Shown here: piece after piece, positions 58,250-64,000 of the stretch
Layout of the letters: the number at the start of each line of letters is the position of its first letter
Numbering within the stretch: the first letter of the stretch is position 1
IMG/VR virus record: IMGVR_UViG_3300034105_001128
Span: 12,242-76,241 of that record
DNA: 64,000 bases
Reading direction: 5' to 3' (one strand)
Source: a virus
Translations under genes and position numbers: made by a program
Notes under the pieces: generated by a model
Told to the model about the DNA's origin: nothing
Databases searched by the model: none
What the model saw: only the letters and a program-made list of their open reading frames with translations

Positions 58250-58962
58250 AGCATATTCCTTTTCGTTTTATCTACTACCCCTAATTTTAATGCTTTTACT
58301 TCATGAGAGCCTTGGGACTCTTCTTTTTCATTTACAGCGTCTCTATACCAGTCTGTCCATTTTCCAGCAGAGTTTATTGCCTGTGCGGCATTCCCATAGG
58401 ATATGTTTGCGTTTAGTCTTTTTCTATCTGGGTCTTGGTACTCAACAATCTCAATATCTGTCCCATTTAAATTTGACAAAGATATGGGGATAATTGTGGC
58501 AACTGGAGTTCCCGCTTTAATAACTACTCGCTTATTTGCAGTCTTTGCCTTAATAGCTAAAGGCAAAGGATTATCATAAAAAGAAGTACTAATTAAAGAC
58601 GCCATTGTTTCAAACTCATCACTAAAATAATTTACCGGGTTAATGGTAAAAATACTGACGTCCTGATCTGTTCTAAAAACTAGGCCGGTATTTAGGCTTA
58701 CAGAGGACTGCCCTCTTCCAGAATAGGATCCTTCTGGACTAAATACTTGAACATGATCTGGGGTTTGGTCATTTATACCATCCCAAATAAACTCAATATC
58801 TTCTAGACAAGACAGGCCCCAACCAATTACATTTGACTGGGTTACTGGAAAACACCTATACGCATGGTTCTCTGATGTTGCCTCCATCCAGTCTCTTTTA
58901 ATTGACATGGGTTGAATATCAAACATGGCACCTTGTGTTTTTTCAACTGAGATATTAAACAT
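58246..58962 (-). CDS. Hypothetical beta-rich protein (DUF6065-like)
   Basis: RDWM...HAYRC.P...N..GW; GTP..TIIP. Confidence 0.5.
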   Translation of the reverse strand: MFNISVEKTQGAMFDIQPMSIKRDWMEATSENHAYRCFPVTQSNVIGWGLSCLEDIEFIWDGINDQTPDHVQVFSPEGSYSGRGQSSVSLNTGLVFRTDQDVSIFTINPVNYFSDEFETMASLISTSFYDNPLPLAIKAKTANKRVVIKAGTPVATIIPISLSNLNGTDIEIVEYQDPDRKRLNANISYGNAAQAINSAGKWTDWYRDAVNEKEESQGSHEVKALKLGVVDKTKRNML

Positions 58963-59618
58963 TAGTCTGCGTCTGCGCTATACATCTCTGGGGTGTGAAA
59001 CTTTTTGCTGTAGTCAAGCATTGTCACAATAGAATACTTAGTTCCAGAAGTTACGGGCATTGCTTGATGTGGATACATAAAGTTTGATGGGAAGATAAAT
59101 AGGTCTCCAGCATCTGCTTTAACCTTTAAATTTTGTAATCTAAAGTAAAGCTCCCCACCTTCGTAGTCATCATTTGGATATGCAACTAAAGATACAGTAC
59201 AGTTATAAGAAAAACCATGGTCGTGGTGCTCCATAAAGTGCTGTCCTGGGCCGTACTTAATAAAGTTAAAGGCTTCCCAGTACTTTAGGTTGTTAATATT
59301 ATACATCCTTGAGTAGTCTTGAACCGCAGGCAACTTTACATCGTATAGGTCTTGCCACAAAGATTGAAGATTTAAACTAACCTGACTCATGTCATTTTCA
59401 ATATCTGTCTTTTTAAATTTAAAATCATTGCAGTCACGATATTCTGGCATAAGTTGTTTATACCCAACATATGCTGGTTGCCAAGCATACCCAGTCGTAT
59501 CTCCTTCTGGCTTAAGGTTAGCCTCAATTCGACCTACAACATTGATATCCTTCTTGATTACGCCTTTATAGCAAAAAATGCCATTACCTAAATCAACTTT
59601 TTCTGTCCATGTTTGCAT
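58962..59618 (-). CDS. 2OG-Fe(II) oxygenase, prolyl-4-hydroxylase-like
   Basis: HHD, NDDYEGGELYF, FPSN..YPH, GTKY; start MQTW after AGGGAG. Confidence 0.88.
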   Translation of the reverse strand: MQTWTEKVDLGNGIFCYKGVIKKDINVVGRIEANLKPEGDTTGYAWQPAYVGYKQLMPEYRDCNDFKFKKTDIENDMSQVSLNLQSLWQDLYDVKLPAVQDYSRMYNINNLKYWEAFNFIKYGPGQHFMEHHDHGFSYNCTVSLVAYPNDDYEGGELYFRLQNLKVKADAGDLFIFPSNFMYPHQAMPVTSGTKYSIVTMLDYSKKFHTPEMYSADAD

Positions 59619-59628
59619 TATATTCTCC

Positions 59629-60396
59629 CTATTTGTAGTCTCTTTTTGACCAAACTTTGTTTTGGTATACTCCGCCATCAGGCTGACGGTAAAATTGCAT
59701 GTTATTCACTAGTTTATCATACATTGTAGATTGATCTGGAATCTCTATTTTGTGTTCCCAGTTTTCTCTTTTAAACGGAAGAACCTGCAGGTACGGGGTT
59801 CCTTCGGGTATTGTACCTTCCCAACCTTCTGGAAGAAAAAACGGAAAAGTTCCAAGGAAATGAAGCTTATCTGAGTCTACTACGCCAGTAGTATTTAAAA
59901 ATGGCAGGTCAAACCTATTCATTGGGGTCATAAACAGCGCACTGTATCCTTCTGGGAGCTCTAACCCCCAAGGAGAACTCCAAGCAAAGTGGGTTTGATA
60001 GTACCCCTTTGGGTGTTCAAACTGTGGCATAGGAGGTCGTTGAGTACAAAAATCTTTATACTTAGGGTCATCAATTTTTACGTCTATGATTCCCTGGTCA
60101 TTTTTATAAAAAACTAAGTCGCACGGTGTTTTAAAAATGTATCCAGTTGTAAAGGAGTCCATAAGAGCAGGGCACGCCTTCCACGTAGGAATCTTTCCAT
60201 AGTCATCAGTTGTGCCTTCTTTAGGGAACGGGCAGACTTCTTTTGGCGCCTTGTAGTATTCCCCGTTTGGCATTTTTGCAAACCTATCTGCATCTTTGTA
60301 CCAATCTGGCATCTGTGTTTGTGTTGGCGCTGGGACAGAAATATGCTTCTTATCTATCCATGGGCGAAAAGATCTAAATATAGCGACTAAAGACAT
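59629..60396 (-). CDS. Hypothetical beta-rich protein (DUF6065-like)
   Basis: PDWYK, KACP..D...GY, P.GYS.LF..P.N, GVVDSD, GTP..Q..PFKRE.W. Confidence 0.55.
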   Translation of the reverse strand: MSLVAIFRSFRPWIDKKHISVPAPTQTQMPDWYKDADRFAKMPNGEYYKAPKEVCPFPKEGTTDDYGKIPTWKACPALMDSFTTGYIFKTPCDLVFYKNDQGIIDVKIDDPKYKDFCTQRPPMPQFEHPKGYYQTHFAWSSPWGLELPEGYSALFMTPMNRFDLPFLNTTGVVDSDKLHFLGTFPFFLPEGWEGTIPEGTPYLQVLPFKRENWEHKIEIPDQSTMYDKLVNNMQFYRQPDGGVYQNKVWSKRDYK

Positions 60397-61109
60397 TACT
60401 TGTGCCCCAATTCATTGATATCTGTCATAACAACAACGCAGTATTTTGTCCCCGAAACCATTGGCAGGGATGCATGCTCATAAATATAGTTTGATGGGAA
60501 GACTGCAATGTCCCCAACTTTTGGCTTATAAACTAAGTTATCAAGTCTTGGGAACTTTATGTCTCCACCTTCATAATCATCGTTAATATAGATGACGGCA
60601 GACACTGTACAGTTGTAGGCAGGTCCATGGTCTGCGTGGATATTAAAGTGGGTTCCCGACCCGTCGTATTTTACAAAGTTAAATGCCTCATAATACACAA
60701 CATTAATGCCCCAATATTTTGCATAATCGTCTATGCAGTATTTAAGTTTTTGATATATTTCTTCGTGCAGATCTATTAGTTCTGAGTTAGTTTCGTCCCT
60801 AGGTCCAAGGTTTTCTTGCTTATATTTAAAATCTACGCAGTCTCTGGCCTTTTTAATTGGTACATCAGAATTAGTTACTTGGGCTTCCGACCACTTATAT
60901 TTGCTACCAGTAGACAAATTGGACTCAAGTACGTTAATGTATCTTTTAGAATCATCCAAAGAAAAAGTATTATGATATACATTTAGCCCTAGTCCTGGAT
61001 TGCTAATAGTGATGTCGCTTTGTGGCATTAGTCTTGCAACCCTATCCGAAGCTGTCTCAGACCTATCCTTTGTAAACCAAGGATTTTCATTTTCGTCGTA
61101 TATACCCAT
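60396..61109 (-). CDS. 2OG-Fe(II) oxygenase, prolyl-4-hydroxylase-like
   Basis: HAD, YINDDYEGG, FPSN..YEH, GTKY. Confidence 0.88.
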   Translation of the reverse strand: MGIYDENENPWFTKDRSETASDRVARLMPQSDITISNPGLGLNVYHNTFSLDDSKRYINVLESNLSTGSKYKWSEAQVTNSDVPIKKARDCVDFKYKQENLGPRDETNSELIDLHEEIYQKLKYCIDDYAKYWGINVVYYEAFNFVKYDGSGTHFNIHADHGPAYNCTVSAVIYINDDYEGGDIKFPRLDNLVYKPKVGDIAVFPSNYIYEHASLPMVSGTKYCVVVMTDINELGHK

Positions 61110-61215
61110 AAGATTTCCTATCTTTAAACGTTATAGCCCTATTATAGCGTAAACTGGAGGATTTAATATTTGGGTGCGGCGAGTGTTGCCACTCATTTAG
61201 GGGGTTGCCCTATTT

Positions 61216-61653
61216 TTATGGCGCTACGTAGTCGGGATTTTTTGGATTTTGCGGGTGCCACTCTGTCAGCCTAGCTATCTCTGAAACAGTCCTATTTTTT
61301 ATGATAAACTTTGTACCATCAAAAGATGCGTTTGGTGAGACAACATGGTGCCCATAAGGATACTCAGTTAAGTTTACCACAGTAGGGTTACTTAGTAGGA
61401 TTGCCGCAAAATATTCAGACGTTTGAAATATTTCAATGTCGCCGTTATCTTTTGTTATCTCAAGAGTAGGGCCATCGTGAGACGTATACTCGCTAGAAAT
61501 ATCACGTATCCCAGTGTTTTTTGTAAACAGATTAGCACCTTCTTCTGTGACTACAAAATCATAGACGCATTCTCCGTCAATAACAAAAGTTAATGGTGCC
61601 CCCCGTAACTTATCTCTATCACGGACATAAGTAATATCTAGCTCGTTAATCAT
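61216..61653 (-). CDS. Hypothetical protein (paralog of 50968..51207)
   Basis: TFVIDGE.V...AAILLSNP.VVNLT. Confidence 0.6.
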   Translation of the reverse strand: MINELDITYVRDRDKLRGAPLTFVIDGECVYDFVVTEEGANLFTKNTGIRDISSEYTSHDGPTLEITKDNGDIEIFQTSEYFAAILLSNPTVVNLTEYPYGHHVVSPNASFDGTKFIIKNRTVSEIARLTEWHPQNPKNPDYVAP

Positions 61654-61681
61654 AATGCCTCTTTTCTTATTTTATAGATCA

Positions 61682-62692
61682 TTAGCATTGACCACCAGAT
61701 GTGAAGGATGAGGTACAGGCCCCAACATAGCCACAACCAGGAGTTCCATAATAGTAAACATCTGAGCCACCACACTTATTTGGCGCACTTACTGGGAAGT
61801 AAGGTGGGAAGAATGGCGGGAAGAATGGGAATGATGGCGGGAAGAATGGCGGGAAGAACGGCGGGAAGAATGGAAAGAATGGTGGGAAGAATGGTGGGAA
61901 GAATGGGAAGAATGGAAAGAAGGGTGGGAAGAATGGCGGGAAGAATGGGAAGAACGGTGGGAAGAATGGTGGGAAGAACGGGAAGAATGGAAAGAACGGA
62001 GGAAAAAATGGTGGAAAGAATGGAAAGAACGGCGGGAAGAATGGTGGAAAGAATGGAAAGAATGGAAAGAATGGTGGGAAGAATGGCGGGAAGAACGGAG
62101 CAAGTGTGGTGATTGATCCAGAGGCGGAGGATGCAATTGAGGTTCCATTAGCATTAGTAGCTGTAACTGTATATGTCTGAGAAGTTGATGCGGTATCAGC
62201 AATAACAATAGGAGAAGTAGATCCTGTTCCAGAAGTACCATCAGAGCCTGTTACGGTATAGCTAGTAATGGTGCTACCGCCAGTGGCTGGTGCTGAGAAA
62301 GCAATTGAGTTTTGATTAACACCAGCAGTAGGGGTTGGGGCAGACATGGTTGCAGGAACTGTTGTAGCTGTAATTGAACTTGAAGCAGATGAAGCTGCAG
62401 ATGTTCCGGCAGCATTAGTAGCTGTAACGGTAAATGTGTAGGCTGTGGCAGATTGAAGTCCAGACACTGTAATTGGAGAAGATGCGCCAGTTCCAGTATA
62501 TCCGCCAGGAGATGAAGTTACAGTAAATGATGTAGCGGCCGGGGATAGCGCAGGCAAAGAAAAGGTAACTGTCGCTGCGCCATTGTTAAACGCTCTGCCT
62601 GTCCCTACGTTTGTAGCAGATACACTTGTTGGAGCCAATGGCTCTAGAAAGTCATTTGATGCAGATGAACGTCTACCGGTCTTCTTAGCCAT
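61682..62692 (-). CDS. Two-FN3-domain protein with Pro/Phe tract and Cys-rich C-terminus
   Basis: FN3 signatures GL....YTFTVTATN..G.S..S (twice), then (P)PFF repeats, then 4-Cys tail. Confidence 0.85.
   Translation of the reverse strand: MAKKTGRRSSASNDFLEPLAPTSVSATNVGTGRAFNNGAATVTFSLPALSPAATSFTVTSSPGGYTGTGASSPITVSGLQSATAYTFTVTATNAAGTSAASSASSSITATTVPATMSAPTPTAGVNQNSIAFSAPATGGSTITSYTVTGSDGTSGTGSTSPIVIADTASTSQTYTVTATNANGTSIASSASGSITTLAPFFPPFFPPFFPFFPFFPPFFPPFFPFFPPFFPPFFPFFPFFPPFFPPFFPFFPPFFPPFFPFFPFFPPFFPPFFPFFPPFFPPFFPPSFPFFPPFFPPYFPVSAPNKCGGSDVYYYGTPGCGYVGACTSSFTSGGQC
61793..62098 (-). repeat. Coding repeat encoding ~102 aa of PFF/PPFF units
   Basis: Only Pro and Phe except one Ser and one Tyr; mixed synonymous codons. 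Confidence 0.95.
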
Positions 62693-62707
62693 TTGTATAC
62701 CCCCCTA

Positions 62708-64000
62708 TTACGCTGTTAGATCGCCGTATACAACCCATGTATTTGCTGCTCTCTTAAAGAGAGTTGCAGATGACCAAGTTGTACGAAGTTTTAAGCCAGG
62801 TGTTGCATTTACTGTTGTTGTTCCTGGTGTTACTGCAGCAATTGTTACCTGTCCCGCTCCAGTTTGAAGAATATCAATAGATGTTCCGATTGGGTAGTTT
62901 AGAGTAGCATCTACAGGAATTGATATTGTTACACCAGTTGCTGAAGATACCTCAATTAATGAATCTCTTTCAGTAAGGGCTGACAAAGTATATGCTGCTG
63001 TCTTTTGAATAATTGGTGTACGAGAAGGAGTTCCTTCTTTTGTCTGTGTACCGTCTGTAAATGCTACGCCAGAAAGTGATGGAGTTGCGATTACTGAAAT
63101 TTCATTTCCGCTTACAGAAATATTTGTTCCTGCTGTGATTGTTCCTGAACCTGAGAACTGGAATACATCAATGTTATCTGTTCCAACAACAAATGTTGCA
63201 GGGTCTGCAACTACTTGAATCCAGCCAGTTCCAGCGTTTGTTCCATCTTGTACGAATATGTATGCACCTGGAATCTCTGATGCTTCATCACAATATGTAC
63301 AACGAGTAAGAACATAAGGTGTTGAAATAGATCCCATATTTGAGACGTAGTATCTACCATTTTGAGCCTTATTAGTTTGATTCTTTACAAGAATACCTTT
63401 TCCAACTGCCCAACCTGATGCTCCACCTGATTCTGCAGGAAATACTCCGTTTGTATTGTGTGTAAGAGTTGCGCCTACTCCAGCTGTACCATTGCTGTAT
63501 GTAGCATCAATGTTTGCTGTAGTTGCTCCAAGAACTTGTGGCTTTGCAATAACTCCTGATGCTGTGTTGTCAACATACTGCTTTGTTGCAGCATGCAGTG
63601 AAGATGATGGGTCAGCATGCAAAGTGATGGCCCCTGTCATTGTTCCACCAGCAAGTGCTAACTTAAGATCAAGTGCTGTTTGTGTAGCAGTAGAAACAGG
63701 CTTGTTTGAATCTGCTGTATTGTCAACATTTCCAAGTCCAACATCTGATTTTGTGATTCCAGTAGGTGTATTAATTACTGGAGAGGTTAAAGTTTTGTTA
63801 GTTAGAGTTTCAGTTTTAGAAGCAGTTGACTTAGCATCTAGCTGTGTTTGAATGCTTGAAGTAACACCATCAAGATATCCAATTTCAACATCTGAAACAT
63901 TAGCAACAGTTGCTTGCTTTCCATCTAATTGTGTTTGAATTGCGCCTGTGACTCCATCTAAATATCCAGCTTCTATAGCAGATACTGTTGAAGATATTGC
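62708..64000 (-). CDS. Tail-fibre-like protein, 5' end outside window
   Basis: Frame open from 64000; E.GYLDGVT..IQTQLD x2, LTNKTLTSP, KSDVGLGNVDNT, AATKQYVD, ILVKNQT..QNG.Y, GAGQVT...W..YGDL. Confidence 0.8.
   Translation of the reverse strand, partial: AISSTVSAIEAGYLDGVTGAIQTQLDGKQATVANVSDVEIGYLDGVTSSIQTQLDAKSTASKTETLTNKTLTSPVINTPTGITKSDVGLGNVDNTADSNKPVSTATQTALDLKLALAGGTMTGAITLHADPSSSLHAATKQYVDNTASGVIAKPQVLGATTANIDATYSNGTAGVGATLTHNTNGVFPAESGGASGWAVGKGILVKNQTNKAQNGRYYVSNMGSISTPYVLTRCTYCDEASEIPGAYIFVQDGTNAGTGWIQVVADPATFVVGTDNIDVFQFSGSGTITAGTNISVSGNEISVIATPSLSGVAFTDGTQTKEGTPSRTPIIQKTAAYTLSALTERDSLIEVSSATGVTISIPVDATLNYPIGTSIDILQTGAGQVTIAAVTPGTTTVNATPGLKLRTTWSSATLFKRAANTWVVYGDLTA

Noticed and set aside
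61708-62241. Alternative-frame ORFs (MAGRMG.. on +, SSHHS.. on -) and a possible CRISPR-like array
   Set aside because: They are by-products of the Pro/Phe codon repeat; there are no unique spacers, and only the PF frame is continuous with the FN3 domains.
1-64000. tRNA genes, integrase, reverse transcriptase/DGR, stop-codon reassignment
   Set aside because: None recognised by eye; intergenic gaps are short and genes read intact in the standard code. tRNAscan was not run.

Overview
The window is a 64-kb segment of a tailed dsDNA bacteriophage with a contractile tail (myovirus). The host is probably an actinobacterium, judged from two WhiB genes and several apparently leaderless genes; a low-GC freshwater host is an inference from visual base composition. 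Nearly all genes are on the - strand. In transcription order (right to left) the modules are: (1) a tail-fibre-like gene, an FN3 protein with a ~100-residue tract of almost only Pro and Phe, and a cassette of six prolyl-4-hydroxylase-like 2OG-Fe(II) oxygenases, two related beta-rich proteins, a glutathione-peroxidase-like protein and an SDR (53.9-64 kb); (2) a Cys-rich protein module plus neck, sheath, tube, chaperone, tape-measure and baseplate genes (32.6-53.8 kb); (3) replication and recombination genes: initiator, DnaC-like loader, DnaB, primase, dNMP kinase, SNF2 helicase, SSB, PolA, RecA, Cas4-like nuclease, resolvases, WhiB x2 and SpoVS (14.7-32.3 kb); (4) the only + strand block, encoding a membrane-anchored PA14/FN3/long-helix protein, small membrane proteins, a lipoprotein and a CHAP-type endolysin (10.6-14.7 kb); (5) holin, GT32 glycosyltransferase, small disordered proteins, a nucleotidyltransferase, HAD-like and TGT-like proteins, and a class II ribonucleotide reductase (1-10.6 kb). 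No capsid, portal, terminase, integrase, tRNA or CRISPR array was recognised. The best candidate for a novel system is the Pro/Phe-tract protein with its adjacent hydroxylase/redox cassette, a putative post-translational modification system. All calls come from motif reading; no database search was run.
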